Source: Monocercomonoides exilis PA203 (taxonomy: Eukaryota; Protista; Preaxostyla). From it: a stretch of DNA of 64,000 bases. The stretch is taken from assembly GCA_001643675.2 (NCBI GenBank), contig LSRY02000005.1, forward strand, positions 806,001 to 870,000. Direction: 5' to 3'. Numbering within the stretch: the first letter of the stretch is position 1; every line of letters begins with the position of its first letter. A program made the translations under genes and the position numbers. A model generated the notes under the pieces. The model was not told the DNA's origin, ran no database searches, and was given only the letters and a program-made list of their open reading frames with translations. This document shows positions 14,201 through 23,800 of this stretch, one piece after another.

Positions 14201-17200
14201 TTCAGAGGCGAAGGCTTGTCAGCATCGTTTTCTGTGCCAACGGAATCAGCATTTGCAGTTGCTGAAGAAGAATCTGAATTGTCTTTGTTTGCCTTCGCCA
14301 AATCTGATTCTGAATCCAAATTTGTTGAGTCAGGAGAATTATCTGATCCATCAAGAGCATTCTCATCTTTTTGTGTTTTCAAGTTGTTCTTTTCATTTGC
14401 TGTTTCTTTTTTCTCTGTATTTTCATTATTGCTTGCTTTCACTTCATTTGCACTGAAATAATTCTCGTTCTCAACTGAATGTGTGTTCTCTCCACGATAA
14501 ATATGCACTTTCCCAGGCACACAAAACGCTGCCACAAATTTTGGCGCCTTTGCCCAGTCGTCCGATGTGCTCCATCCATCCACAAGCATCTGCTGCTGCA
14601 GACGGAGAAGCGGGTTTAAGAACGAATTTGACTGTGTTGCTGCTGTAAACGGAGTAGAAAATGCAGTTGATGGCAAATGATTGCGAGATGAGGCATTGTT
14701 GTTAGCAGTTGCATTTGATGCAAAGTTGCCTTGTGAATGATGAGAATGAGGCAGATTGAGTGAATGCACTTTGAATGACTGCAAAGGCATTCCCTCTTGC
14801 TCGTTATTGTGCGCATCTCCACCAGCAGCCCCAGCCGTCTGCATTCTCTGTGTCTGAAACGAGTGTGTCTGCTGCTGCACAGCCATCAGATGCTCCCTCA
14901 CCCGCGGGGCAGCCTGCGCCGCAAAGAAAGAGTGGAGGTTTGTGTCGTCGGCAGTCACAACAGAGCAGAGACGAGGATCAACCGGCGGGTACTGCAGACT
15001 CGTCAGCTGGCAGAAGTCGCCCAGGTCAGTCACTTCCAGCGGCCAGCCGGTGTCTTGGCTGCCTTCATTGAGCTGCTCCCCGGGCTTGTTAATATCCTCC
15101 TCATCGAGTGAAGGCATTGAACTTTCGCTGTCGCTGCCACTTTCACTCAAAATACTGGGTAAATCTTCTGAATTTTTGGGTTCTTTTAATTTGGTTTGTG
15201 AAATAGCAAAATTGTCTGTATTGTTTTCTTCTTGTTGTTTTGCTGTATCAATCTTTGCATCTCCCTCTTCATCCTTGTTGTTGTCATTTGGTGCCTTGAT
15301 CGCTTTCATTCTGTTTCTTCTCGCACTCCTCTCCATAATCTCCTTCTTCCTCAAGAACAGCCTTATCCTCTTCTCTCTCTCATCCACAAGATTCAGCGAA
15401 TACGGTCTCGGGATCACATACTCCACAGCACGGGGCAGCGGAAACTGCCCCGGAAAGAACATCGCCAGTGCAGATGGCTTGGCAACCTGCTGTGGCACAT
15501 GCGGGTCGAACGGGCGGTGCTGGGCAAGAATCTCGTCGACGGTGTAGGCATGCGACTCAATGGAGTGGTTGTCGATGACAAATGGCTTCTGTTTGGGGGG
15601 AAGAGAGGACAGAAGTGGAGGAGGAACAGTGTATGTGGGCTTTGGCGAGGAAGGGAAAGGGAAAATGGATGTGGTTGTGTCAAAATTCGTTTTTAGGAAA
15701 TTGCTTTTTGATTTTGGTGAGTCCAACGGGAAAGAAGAAGCAAGCTGTTCATTTTGTGTCTGTTCGTTTTCTGAGGCGCAGAACGAAGTCGGAGATGAAG
15801 CAGCAGATGAGATTTCAACAAACTGTGTCTGTTGACTGTGTTGTTGCTGCTGCTGCTTAGAAAGCGAATGAGGCGATGCAACTTGCTCCTTTGTGATGTG
15901 GTCTTCCTTGTTGAATGAAGGGAACGAAGGAGCACATTTGAACAGAATCAATGTGAAGTCGTCGGGAACAAGTTGAATGGACTCTCTGTCTATTGCTTGT
16001 AGCTTGTCAGCACGGGGAGGAATCACAGAAGATGGCAGTGTCATTGGATTGGCAGCATTTGGCTTGATTGTGAAGATCTGGTGTGGGTTTGCGATGGCAG
16101 AAGCAGAAGTGGAAGAAGATGGTGCATTTGAAGAAGAGCGAAGTGAATCTTGTGGCTGCCAAAGATCGAAAAGAGGCGGCTCTGTTGGACGAGGAAGCTC
16201 AATGGAAGGACGCATACTGTGGAAATTGTGGGCAGATGACGAAAAGAAAGAAGAAGAAGCAGAAGAAGCAGAAGAAGCAGAAGAAGAATCAGAATCAGAA
16301 CAGCATGAGCAAGAAGAAGAAGGCGATGAGGAAGAAGAGCGAGAGTGGTGCGAGTGATGATAGCTGTGCTTGTGATGAACATAATGATTGGCATCAGCAT
16401 TGGCACAGCCACACGAAGACTGGTCGAAGTTTGAGGCAGAAGAATCGGTGCTGCCGGAACGTCCTCTGAAGGAAGGGCTCTGAAACGACTTGAATTTTTG
16501 AAGCTGTTTGGTGTCAGTTTCTGTCTTTCGTGGTGTTTTATCCGAAGAATGATGCAATTTTTCAGCTGAAATGCCATCTTCTTGCTGACTATTTTCATCG
16601 CAAGTGTTTGTATCTCCATTTTTCTGTGCTGCATCCGTCTGACTGCGCCGAAGAGAGCTGCAGATCAGCGGAGAATTTGGATGTGGTGCACAATGAGAAG
16701 GGCTTGCTGGGGAAGAAAACGATGCAGAAGATGCACCTGATGATGACGATGATGACGATGACGACGACGATGATGATGATGATGATGCAGTTGAATCTGT
16801 GCTTCCATGTGACTTGGTGTGTGGATGGAGGTGCAGCGATGAAGAACGTGGAGAGCCAGAAGGTTTCTGTCGAGACTGCATGAGGGTCGGTGGAGGGCTG
16901 TGTGAATGAGGAGGATTGCCGAAAGAAGGCGAGGCGCGAGGTGATGACTGTATCTGCGCTTGTGTTAGAGAAAAATGTGGCGTTGCACCTGCTGAAGAGT
17001 TGTCTATTTTGTGGGAATTTCTGGCTTTGTCTGAGTAAAATTCATTCCCTTGACTTCTTTTCCCATTGTTCAGCGGTGGCATTTTTGGAGTCCCCTGGGA
17101 CCTCTGCGCGCCAACAAGTGCAGACTCTTTGATGAGTCGTTCAACCTCGGATAAATCTGGAATTGCTTCGACATTCAAAGGAATAGGACAATCAGTGTGA

Positions 17201-17805
17201 CGTCTCCAAAACCTCCGGAAAGCTGGATCTTTTGCGCACATTGACAAAATCCTGGTTTTAAATTCTAAAGCACTTTCTCCAGGAGAGACAGAAAAAAAAC
17301 CTCGTGGAGGTATCATTGATTGAGTCATTAGATTTAGTTTTTCTATGTCAACTGTTTGATTTGCCTTTTCGTTTAATCGATAAAAATCGTGCAAAACTTG
17401 TGGAAGCATTGGATCGTACAATGGTACAAGAGCAGAATTTTCAATGACTCGCTGCTTTATGTGTAAAGGCACATCGCTTAAAAGGATATCAGGTTCATCG
17501 AAAACAAATACAACATAAAAACCGGGTACGCTTGAAAGACTTTTTAAATTTTGGTCCGATAGAGAAACTCGATCATGATTCAAATGGTTAACAAAACGAT
17601 CAAGTTCCAGTTGTGGAGTTTGTATTGATCCGGTGTGATGTTTGGTTAAATGAGAAGAACCTTGCGTATGGTGATGTCTACGCGACACTTCAGAAGAATC
17701 TTTCCTTCTTTTAATCCTTTCATTACGCTTTATTTGTTCGTCATGGCGAGATGTTGAAACAGCTGATGAGTGTCGGTGAATTTTCTTTTCACATCCAAAA
17801 AGCAC
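2293..17805 (-). CDS. Giant (~5170 aa) PPP-family Ser/Thr protein phosphatase embedded in low-complexity sequence
   Basis: All PPP motifs occur in order: GDIHG (~6989-7003), GDYVDRG (~6884-6904), RGNHE (~6796-6810), CHGG (~5177-5188), LWADP, RAHQ, VITVFSAYDYCG (~4833-4868). The 15.5-kb frame has no stop. The track start is TTG, so the true start may lie in an upstream exon near 18000. Confidence 0.9.
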   Translation of the reverse strand: MLFGCEKKIHRHSSAVSTSRHDEQIKRNERIKRRKDSSEVSRRHHHTQGSSHLTKHHTGSIQTPQLELDRFVNHLNHDRVSLSDQNLKSLSSVPGFYVVFVFDEPDILLSDVPLHIKQRVIENSALVPLYDPMLPQVLHDFYRLNEKANQTVDIEKLNLMTQSMIPPRGFFSVSPGESALEFKTRILSMCAKDPAFRRFWRRHTDCPIPLNVEAIPDLSEVERLIKESALVGAQRSQGTPKMPPLNNGKRSQGNEFYSDKARNSHKIDNSSAGATPHFSLTQAQIQSSPRASPSFGNPPHSHSPPPTLMQSRQKPSGSPRSSSLHLHPHTKSHGSTDSTASSSSSSSSSSSSSSSSGASSASFSSPASPSHCAPHPNSPLICSSLRRSQTDAAQKNGDTNTCDENSQQEDGISAEKLHHSSDKTPRKTETDTKQLQKFKSFQSPSFRGRSGSTDSSASNFDQSSCGCANADANHYVHHKHSYHHSHHSRSSSSSPSSSCSCCSDSDSSSASSASSASSSFFSSSAHNFHSMRPSIELPRPTEPPLFDLWQPQDSLRSSSNAPSSSTSASAIANPHQIFTIKPNAANPMTLPSSVIPPRADKLQAIDRESIQLVPDDFTLILFKCAPSFPSFNKEDHITKEQVASPHSLSKQQQQQHSQQTQFVEISSAASSPTSFCASENEQTQNEQLASSFPLDSPKSKSNFLKTNFDTTTSIFPFPSSPKPTYTVPPPLLSSLPPKQKPFVIDNHSIESHAYTVDEILAQHRPFDPHVPQQVAKPSALAMFFPGQFPLPRAVEYVIPRPYSLNLVDEREKRIRLFLRKKEIMERSARRNRMKAIKAPNDNNKDEEGDAKIDTAKQQEENNTDNFAISQTKLKEPKNSEDLPSILSESGSDSESSMPSLDEEDINKPGEQLNEGSQDTGWPLEVTDLGDFCQLTSLQYPPVDPRLCSVVTADDTNLHSFFAAQAAPRVREHLMAVQQQTHSFQTQRMQTAGAAGGDAHNNEQEGMPLQSFKVHSLNLPHSHHSQGNFASNATANNNASSRNHLPSTAFSTPFTAATQSNSFLNPLLRLQQQMLVDGWSTSDDWAKAPKFVAAFCVPGKVHIYRGENTHSVENENYFSANEVKASNNENTEKKETANEKNNLKTQKDENALDGSDNSPDSTNLDSESDLAKANKDNSDSSSATANADSVGTENDADKPSPLNKQDCEVIAKSRETPKLLPHPTSSLIAIITQGRRILGQCVIPSDMPLITAIRNLAVFTRPSSKTPAPPSVEGDVNGRLAAYNREGKMMVWIPNHTELPAEDGYQPGNMQQRYSLPENAAPGTGVQTMMWRRKKEKEKEKEKEGENQVNEAEPNVNSASEGVSPVSELPSIDNEIEMTNDPILVSEVWAPSDPSTTEQGSHPQSPATRQSSSSSSSSSSSAPSHLQNSLTALEELRLARVLLAALRERVLAPYSIHTSAAHRGEFGRALRSLIKRRARDERQARIVAAVRAKAERNGVLNKKKEDAAQVNVKRGSKNASVRKSPTSMSKTLPNHDSLSVNSTPTQLSKQRAKEQQTALRANRMLASAHPHSASQSPCIQHSSSASLTYGLPSPLAKRVDSNQLPAVPFRMASAQLADASPRHQVLRTTSSPSTSSLTSQTSQTSQFTSSNMTPPLTQLLLQQSDAASTSSSASSFLSSTSNALNSPTRSTSFDQSVPSRHYSSVSSLSPSVEFTSLHPSSDSLSQLSKSQNHLHRSSFDLSFDRPIASSLSTSSMAPSSSASSFTLQYAADLPPPSPHGTFITHPPSDIQSIPIRSQPLSPAANLSQPLSSSLPLSDSSSASVLRRSKRRADSRRKLLFLMRKERLLEKSAIRKAICQMSQAELYAVWKQYIGEGDSEFVFVNDQSENSQQKLLLPSSPLPSPSLSPTNFSSLSASSIQLVSSPLLFQISSSLSLPYTPSFTTHPPRLSLPSLGTSSFPSSPSAIHTSSESSSPSLLKSSSGQILPFSVPFNPMASPRQLQRELGIRKASEDHLHPVLPSAHFTDNSHSTGKEISQTQTQQQQKEEEEKEKHHQQHQNQPQTPTLSQTHSFDALSSALSSTPTPAAIAAAASLSRDLPVSSPKSLQKRRSENRILHLGESISLELTHSPSYRSDLQSKPNLSLITSTSLSHRVASQQLPHRHHAHNHHHHHHHQYIHNYHDGQIQHSQHNNHCHNAHHHNIHCHLHPHSIHSVEEHMQPNSYDSRAFSHLSLNCSVFSRRIEDELPFIDSESSTTDAFDSFSCETGNRNEHNSHRNNGRHGNRSETGTEDSGVDDEVFSSRSRGANHSNSAERMQSSASASLDRSAINLSPELQSLQISSPSSSDEHRSQTEPLAHSDNMMFTTATPLLSSPSLCSSVPSSSATPSPPPVIRQFSNSASLDSKQKLLMTDTTSLNNNLPHQQVPSIFTSPILSQQQQQLQQKTHISPQSSLFATADDSSFSLSKLTASAPQAIYIAEEESKAKEREDNTIELPPPLDPSQSNTATSHSTMSGQGLDDRQTSKPNTEFLSPQLIHSQQSRSYSLIHHHTQHQPDDHSLVRQSPHPSLSPHLISDRQLHETQSYHQHHLSFNQSPSFDRFAKPSSVDPKHRCLHHHSKHLKHTHRCCHRRRRVSEWDENQPAEDDFLREEDAAEYVWELASRQLSRTGFFIDELSSSSLSEDGIGEGGSEDIVLSESEEEIINENCMNSKNTSSESDSSHSCSKSATKRKSSNKTKEKTFTIKERAGNISLRPERVQPNKLAPEDRWYTQFEEEEESEGEWCNRLFDEEDVEWTYGIDAAKRRKNERKNNANNMKINTNNEVSQDAGLKTSSKTKAQPQKDHKKKFKYSRKAKRLFRQHEQNRKFLAIEKFEDYWDDFGSLEFASQLKRAVCLIIEEREARKVQLQRASSLASHTSFDQAENTQTVQRADSSDMDENGVEASEQSESVPCVTISSQKRIQTQHPSSLFPNPSLLPHFSLLQPTQKLNNFQNQTPSHYYQSSNDIQNYQEKSQKIHSSFSSPSLYEKSIAQYASTSASFTEEQIITHHRLSTSTAPEQDPITPEESFLPPRSFKPYLHSHAPLVPCNHLCGIVGIFESWRLTFQVVYHPLHHRYFPVCSQPTQKDIQTGRMRDVGEIPAPPYDPVTSASEKRAAELKEKAKKERKARKRSRLSQDFTQDVPEPLSEQPKEDSKQIGTKIDLNGNEITLWTPLLTERMKKRLGRLADEKLKERRKERSRRIRAKKQRMNELDEFEVLANSKAQNGEHSDKFMEVPALRKMCTLSNLPSSFRQLQISGSLLSRSPTHANGAGPSQLTSGTSTSVTSTPAFAPSLPSASILPSTHNQISSFTPPAQPPAKVSSSSSSPSSSTSSTNTKIVLFEPSRRMKRISRSLFRCSTPTSLRSLHPSTMFDPRQAVFRFGWHRTPSKMLPLREPFPPPQLQFPTTEDGISLLFVEQVRRMIYSRYFPATGQLSLHFSAEMVDSILTLAQTHYTKPGSSMLKKIEVHYGPGYRKGKAISYVSAEQLNTEDSTNNDEQPIEIPRDSKTDQRLPSEKNPNNKTIPPLSATKQVLLNRMSNRIDSICEDAPDKGVNDEENNMHGLLVVGDIHGSLNSLRSALEIVDRVITAPHSRSKVVFLGDYVDRGKNSLEVILLLLLYHLALPDRIFMMRGNHESYRSFDWGFNEELFEKFPCEMPPGTRIVNQFGRYEYRLKHPLYARFLELFNNMPIAILATLKYHPPLPVIPHIATNASTPQSSPSPSSSECLPSKSKKNLSIEVQNAKKGAQPLTQQMLAMRPHFSPLGSTDFARFMAGANQSTSNQLQTAPLSSNTTAGKSATASPSTSLRSIETLQTGTKSAGSAIRHLSTSTLSSSLNSSLLSGQSSAGCSSDDSSVAAAPMIPPSFLLSLCSSCHRPIQTDQSPLLMRPSFLSFNSLSKNTEKLKEPAVQPISSIFPSPQRSMSHKRSQSLISSPTLYEPSSNSINNAYFCQCDDSQSKTTSQQNVNYNTGFDSISLTICPSCYRRFINWSNLIFSKESSEHSNLEGTLQSQIYRKSFEAPPRSSSILPSCIVCGSSCSQNLLPISQPSVLGDATTQINEKQKAANGFPESFSSPQKDASQKWNAQTNSFDSPDCSTPSMIASSSSSSTSLITSRSTSSVSASTLTTERSRAHSAVHSASLNNSSLPIDVSSALFLSTPPPAPIIEERNILICHGGFTAMVPALNVEEEMPKMHRFDYFAECEDPTMRKWNFGHPRFRVQDIQHTTLWADPGDVDLPNGNRCPYSLDTCRRFMASNNIDMLIRAHQFFPRGFSAAHENRVITVFSAYDYCGPNEASVLLLKLAPPTNERVGGRGSVAAAAAKIVLAAEMQRESSIAERKILKSSQPDHFYANIRKAVGKMKRIASIRRATQEKKRISSEQQTTDTDGISIQSTGACLHAFQSNSACLATTSSYSSNDGLGGFSLGTSLGISPPSSPAPFINTGSAASFQLMSPLPSPTPTTSYSLTPHIASPRTPQCSPFNSATFAAISPISNAVSLTHVSSFLSSLKELSLSQSALRHPRVLKLSYNLSHFCIPSIERPLQIPRLPRSILSLRRSLNSIHSTQSIVLQQPVSPSSLSYSPSLHSASPIFSSPFLSTSQIDAMASPQQLHVNPASTASFPQQTQTISLNSSSSPQTTTTLSEALSSAIPSTIPSAIPQLDRYLRLYDAMASIPSSVNDVTLLAPVLMVDVLQYGPLCHMETIVSEEELSGHREEDDIEGTMKKAMEEEKQEQAMRNEKLKNDARLILDAMLRMDACSIEDAEKKLGKILRRNRIREHRKTEAKIGDAKEDERNVSEQKLGTSQQQPESADISAPEPPKPLGIKFSSPKSVAHRRSKTQDSKKAINQNKEELAASSETALATVTNSAAAFAANAEISDSEKYSQKLSKTLADLKRTYGKDWIYEMGERLYEIKEDIKDKEQELLKKGKIIKSSSNNFSTCNLMTQDLADSGILSEKPNCEMNSTYSKSDCERENLSENTPSHSLEATIPSLPSESTTSPTAQSTDNNHQSEFKLFGSIPLSSSDERHTPPPRAESPLRLKGEQERECQRDEAKDTDKDDTKLEVQEGGEECEKGSRQDGSVEILCSLEAAMQMDVEGKECFSPKEEKNTEDENFTYIEEQEVSEDDERRAEEKLLMQ

Positions 17806-20800
17806 AAAAAAATATTTTCCAATAAAAAATTATGTTGTGAGTTCCCAATCAATATTGAGGAAATATTATAGTCAAAATGTGAAAAATGAATGCACACAAC
17901 AAATAAAGCAAAAATAAAAAATGTAATAAGAATTGGAAAAAGATAAATAATACAGCTGAAATCAAACATCTTGGACTTCTTGTTCGGCCGCATGATGTCT
18001 TGGCAATGTTTGACTCGTTTGTGAGAGCTGCTTTGAATTCTGAGACATGAATAATGCGGACCAAACAAATACAAGATCCGGAAATAATTTATTATGGATG
18101 CAGAATGTAAACTTTTTCAGATACTCCATTAAGCATTCCAAAAAGGAAACAGGAAGCAAGAACGTTTCAAAATATGTGAGTACAATAAATGATTAATTAT
18201 TGTGGTTTGTGATTGAGCTTCAAAAATTTGACCATTTTTTAATTTTTTAAATTAACAGGCAATTTTTGCTCTTGTCATAAATTTTATTGTTTATCTATTT
18301 CAAAGTCAAAACATAAGTAATGGTTTCCAAAGTATTTGTGCTTTTAAGTTTTGCTTTTCTCATGGAAATTCATCTCAACTACAACTATTCAGGAATCCAT
18401 CCAAACATTCAACAAACAAATCATTCACCAAAACCATTTTCGCAACGAAGCATGATGCTTAAAACTCGTTTTCAATCTCAAACATTTGATTCGTTTGTTA
18501 AATCATTAAGCATAAATAGTGTTTATTCAATGAGTTCTGTGAATTCAAGGTCCATATTCTTTAATTCCTCTTCTCAAATGACTTCTGCAAATATCATCCA
18601 ACAATATGAATCCTCGGTGATAGAGATGGGATTATTTTCTAGTTGCATAATTGATGATTGCTGTTTCTGGAGCTTTTCAACAATTGTGAATTGCTCAAAA
18701 AACACTTTTGTATCAATCGTAAATGTTTCACATAACATTCAAAATGTTAATGAGTTATCTCATAGCATTGCTTATTCATATTCATCAAATTCTTACATAT
18801 CCATTTCAAATTCAGTTTTTTCAGACTTTGTTATTTGTCAAGGCAAAGTATTACTCTGTGTTGGAATATTTGATTTTACGGATATTAGTAGCTGTTGCTT
18901 CTGTAACATTTCTCAAAATAGAAGGTTTCATTGAAATGAAAACACATTCAGCTATTTTCATAGATGCTCATTTTCAAATTGCAATTTTGTTTCCTCCTTG
19001 AGCATTCTTGAAAATGGAATTGTGTGCAGAGCTCAAAACTCAAATGCCTTCAATTACTTTAATTCTTCTTTTATTCTCAGTGAAAGGATTGTCAATTCAT
19101 TAATATCACAAAATAGAACGGAGACATCATCTTCGTTGAATTTCAGCAATTGTGAATGGGTTGAATGCTCGGCAGATAGAGGAGGAGCGCTGTATGTCCA
19201 CGACAACACTGCTGCCGTGCTCAAAGTCGCTAATTCTTCATTCGTGAGATGCAACGCAACAAACAAGAGAGGTGGAGCAATTTATGCACTCAATATTGCT
19301 GAGTGCCTTGTTTATGATACAACTTTTCAAGAATGCTATTGTGTAGCTTCCAATGATTATGGAGGAGCAGGAATAGAATGTGAAAATCTTATTTCGCAAC
19401 TACTTATTCAGAATTGCTGTTTTAAAGATGGATGGTCTGATAATGATGGAGGTGCAACGTTCATTTGTGATTCTCAAACAAAAATCAAAGAATGTGTCAT
19501 TGATTGCTCTTTCATTAATAATAGTTGTCATTCTTCAGAAAATGGAGACGGCGGAGGAGTTTGTATTTATCAAATGAAAGGAGGAGTGGTGTTTCGAAAT
19601 TGCCGTTTTGAAAATTGTGATTCGCAACGTTATGGTGGTGGATTAACAACATATATTATGAATGAAAATAATGGAATACTTTTGTATTATTGTTTCTTTC
19701 ACAACAATTATGCAACGCTATTCGGCCATGATATTTGCTTTCAAAGTTCAATGAATAATCATATTGATAGCTCATGTAAAACAACAAGAAACACAATAAA
19801 TAGAGTTGTTCGCCGTTCTGATGGTCAAGACTTAAGCAATTATCTTTCCTGCGAATATGATTCAATCAGATATGTTGCTTCATTCATTGTTCAACCAAAT
19901 GCAAAAGACACTTACAGTTGCGGATTCTCCATGGAATATCCCTGCGAATCAATCAGTTTTTGTGTCTTACAACTTATTCCTGGAGTTGTTGTGAATATCA
20001 ATATGATGGACGGTTCAATCCCTGAGACACATCCCATTAAAATCCTTAACAATCAATACATTTTAAGTGGGTCAACTGAAAGCGGAGCAGAAATACAAAC
20101 CATGTTCGCTGAATCAGACATGTCTCTTTTCAGTGTGTCAACAGGATCGCTTGATGTTAATAACATTAGAGTTATTCATGACTCTTCAATAAACAATAAT
20201 AGAGAATCACGAATATGCTGCATTTCCAGTTCAGGTGCAATCAATCTGAAAAACACAAATATATCAACTGATAATTCACATTCTCCTTACACATCTTTCA
20301 AAACTGAAATGATAAGAATCGTTGCTGGATCATTAACAATGGAAAATGTTGGATGGACTCGTTTTTTTTCATCAACGTCTTTCATATATTTGCAACAGGC
20401 AGAAATTTTGTCGATTTCATTGCTTGAAACAACATTTGAAAATATTATTCGAACCTCTCAAGGTGCTGCACTTATCGATTCTTCAACTACAACTGCAAAC
20501 ATTGCACTAAAAAAATGTATCATTGACGGATGCGGAAGTCAATCTTCTGTTGATGGAGGTGCCATACGCATTTCTTTGAATAGTCCATGCCAGCTAAAAA
20601 TTGAAGAAGGAACAATTCAGAACTGCTATGCATCATCATCAGTTGGAAGAGGCGGTGGCGTTTTCCTAAAATTGTGCAATCTTCAAGTTGAGTTTTCTGT
20701 CTTCACATTATTCAACAATAACATTGCAAAATGGGGATACGACTTGTTCGTTCAATCTCCAGATCTTCAAGCCACTTCCACAAGTGGCCAAGTATTGTTG

Positions 20801-23800
20801 AAAATACCTTGGAACAGCACTTTCAGCACAATCAGAGGATTGGATAATGAAGCAACATCTGTGCCTATTCCATTATGTGTGTATCTTCTTGATCAACCAC
20901 AAAATATTACTGTGGCAAGGAATGATACATTGAATCATCCTCTTTGCGGTTTCGAACAGTTTCCATGTTCGTCTTTGAATTATGCACTAACTCGTCAATC
21001 TGGAGACAAGTTCGTTGTTTTCAATGATATGGTCATTCTTTCAGAGGATATTACTATCGAGCAAAATAAACATATAATTCAAGGTGCATGCGAATCTTGC
21101 GGACTTGACATAACAGACGAAATGAATGAAAATTCTAACTCATTGATCAGCACCTCGTCGATCACACTCCTAACAACCTTGAAGTTCGCTCTTCCAGCCG
21201 AGCTACCATTTCATCAATTGTTCATGAAGTCATCATCTCCTCTTCTTGAGATCAGTTCTTGTTCAATCAGCACAAAAGATACTGACTCCGTCATGACCTT
21301 TTCGTTTCTAGAAATGGATGCAGGACTCCTCAACGTTTCTTTGTTCAAAACAACATCCTTGCTATTAGGAAGTAATCCATTGTTTGTTTTAAATGGTGAA
21401 AATTCAATCTGTTCTTTCTCTTCTGTTCACATAGAAAAAGTGTCTTCAACATTATCATCTCATATCTTTTCTGTTTCAAGTAAGGTCACATTCAAGATGA
21501 TGAATTCGATATTAAGTGCTTCAACAGCTTCTCAGGACAATCAAGATCTCTCTCTTGGAGCAATTTTCGCCAATGCTCCTTTCTTGGTAGATCTTACAAA
21601 CAATACAATCACTGGCTTTGTAAAGAAAAGCTCAAAAGGTGGTTCAATCATATGCACTCTGGAAGAAGGAGGAAAAATAGAGATAATTGGAGGCACCATT
21701 TCCGAGTGCAAGAGTTTGAATGGAGACGGAGGAGGTCCGTGGATAGCAATGGGTGGAGCTTCTTCTTTTTTCATTGGAAATGCTAGTTCTTTAGCTTCAA
21801 AGCATTGTGTGAACACGAACTCAGAGCAACTTTTAACTTTCATAGCAAAGTGTGTTGCAACAGCTACCACTGTGACAAATGCTGGATGTGGTGGAGGACT
21901 TTTCTTGCAAGTTGGATCGAATGCTTCGTCATTTGTTCTAAATGACTTGCTCTTTGATCAATGCCAAGGCACAAAAGGAAAGGATCTGTTTCTTGTTGCT
22001 GATGATCTTTTTCAAGTTTTAAGCAATGATTCCATTTCTTTCAATCCCGATTTAAACGATTTCACTCGCCTCAATGGATACGAGCGGTCAACAAGCAACA
22101 ACGCTTTTTCAATTCCTTTGTTGCTTTATCTGTGGGACAATTATTCGTCTGTCATTTATGTTGGTGGAACTGGAGCTTGGGACTTTTCCAGTTGCGGAAG
22201 TGAAACATATCCTTGTTCGTCCATCTCAGCCGCAATGAAACAACGCTTTGCCAATATAACAACAAATTTGATTTTGCATCCTTCCTTTTGCATTCAAGAA
22301 GAGCTTCTCATCTCTCAGAAAGAGTATTCAATTGGCAGCATTGAAGATTCAATAACTTGCCCAATCACGGATACAGTAATCAATAAAAGAAACGCTTTGA
22401 TATCATCTCTAAAGTCAACATCCTTTGAAGGAATAACCTTTTTGCTTCCACAAAATCTTATATCTCACTCATTGATATTTTTATGCCTTTCAGATACACT
22501 GAGTTTGAATAAGTGTGCCATCCAGTTGAAAGAAGAATACATCTCTTTTGTTTTCGGAAGTGTTGAAGGAGGGAAGCTTCTCATATCTGAATTCCAATTT
22601 TGTCACGGAACTGTCAACAATGGAGCTGTATTTTCTGTGAATGGATCGAACGGTGATGCTTCAATACAAATGAGCTTCTGTAACTTTGAATCACTTAAAA
22701 TTTCACCTGGAAATTTGATTAGTGCTGCAAACAGTGATGAAAGTAATATCACAGAATGCAATTTTTCAACAATTTCCAGGGTAAAGGGGAGTGGAGGTTG
22801 CTTTCATTTCGTCTGCAGTGATAGTGTTGAATCTGAACTTCGAAGCGCAAAAGTTAGCAAATGCAATTTTGACAAATGCAGCGTCGAAGAAAAATATGCT
22901 GGAGGTGGCGGCGTGTTCTGCTCTATTGATGAGCATTCATCTGTTTTCATAAGCGAGTGTCAATTTAGCAATTGCATCGCACCAAATGGAGATCAAACTT
23001 CCGGGTACGGGGGTGGAATATACTTCAATCTTGTCTCTTCAAATTCCCGCTTTTGTATTTCTGCTCCACTCTTTCCTCCACAAGCTCCAAACAAAGCAAA
23101 ATATGACAATGATGTTTTCATAAAAGCAGTCGATTTGTCACGGAGCATCACAAATGAAACTTTACCATTTGTTGCCAGCATGATGGAGTCGCTCACAAAA
23201 GAGTCATTGAGGGGATATGATGGAAAAGATGAAGAACATGCAATTCCTTTGCAATTCTTTTTGAAGATATTGGACTCTTCGTTATTTGTGAAATCTGATG
23301 GCGTTGATGTGATTGTTTGCGGATTTGAAGAATATCCGTGCCATTCATTCGGGTATTCACTTCAGAGAATCGCTGGAAAAGAGAATAAATTTCTTTCAAT
23401 AATTGGCAAAGCAATTCTGAATTGTGAAGTTATTTTGTATGCCACAAATGTTGCTTCTGTAGGAGATGTTGTGTCACATTTAGTTTGCGAACGAGCGTTG
23501 GATGGAAATACGCACAACGTGATTAGTGTTGATGCTCATTTTTCTTTCAAATCAGTGAATATCGAATTCCCGAACGCTTTTAGCAATGAAGCAAATGCCT
23601 TTATTTCACTGAAAGAAGATATGAGTCATTTAACAATCGAAGAATGCGAATTTGTACAGCTCGAAGCTGATTCCACATCGCTTCAGCTTGAGCTTTTTGT
23701 GGTCAAAAAATGATGGTTGACTCTTTATCAGACCTCATTCACTGCCATTTCCTCGTCAGTTCCCCTTTTCGATTTTTCTCCTTCTGCTTTCGTTGAAATA

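Noticed and set aside
2355-17132. Dozens of short antisense and alternative-frame ORFs over the phosphatase gene (likewise over AMPK-beta and receptor 2)
   Set aside because: Shadow ORFs of low-complexity, codon-biased coding sequence with no motifs.
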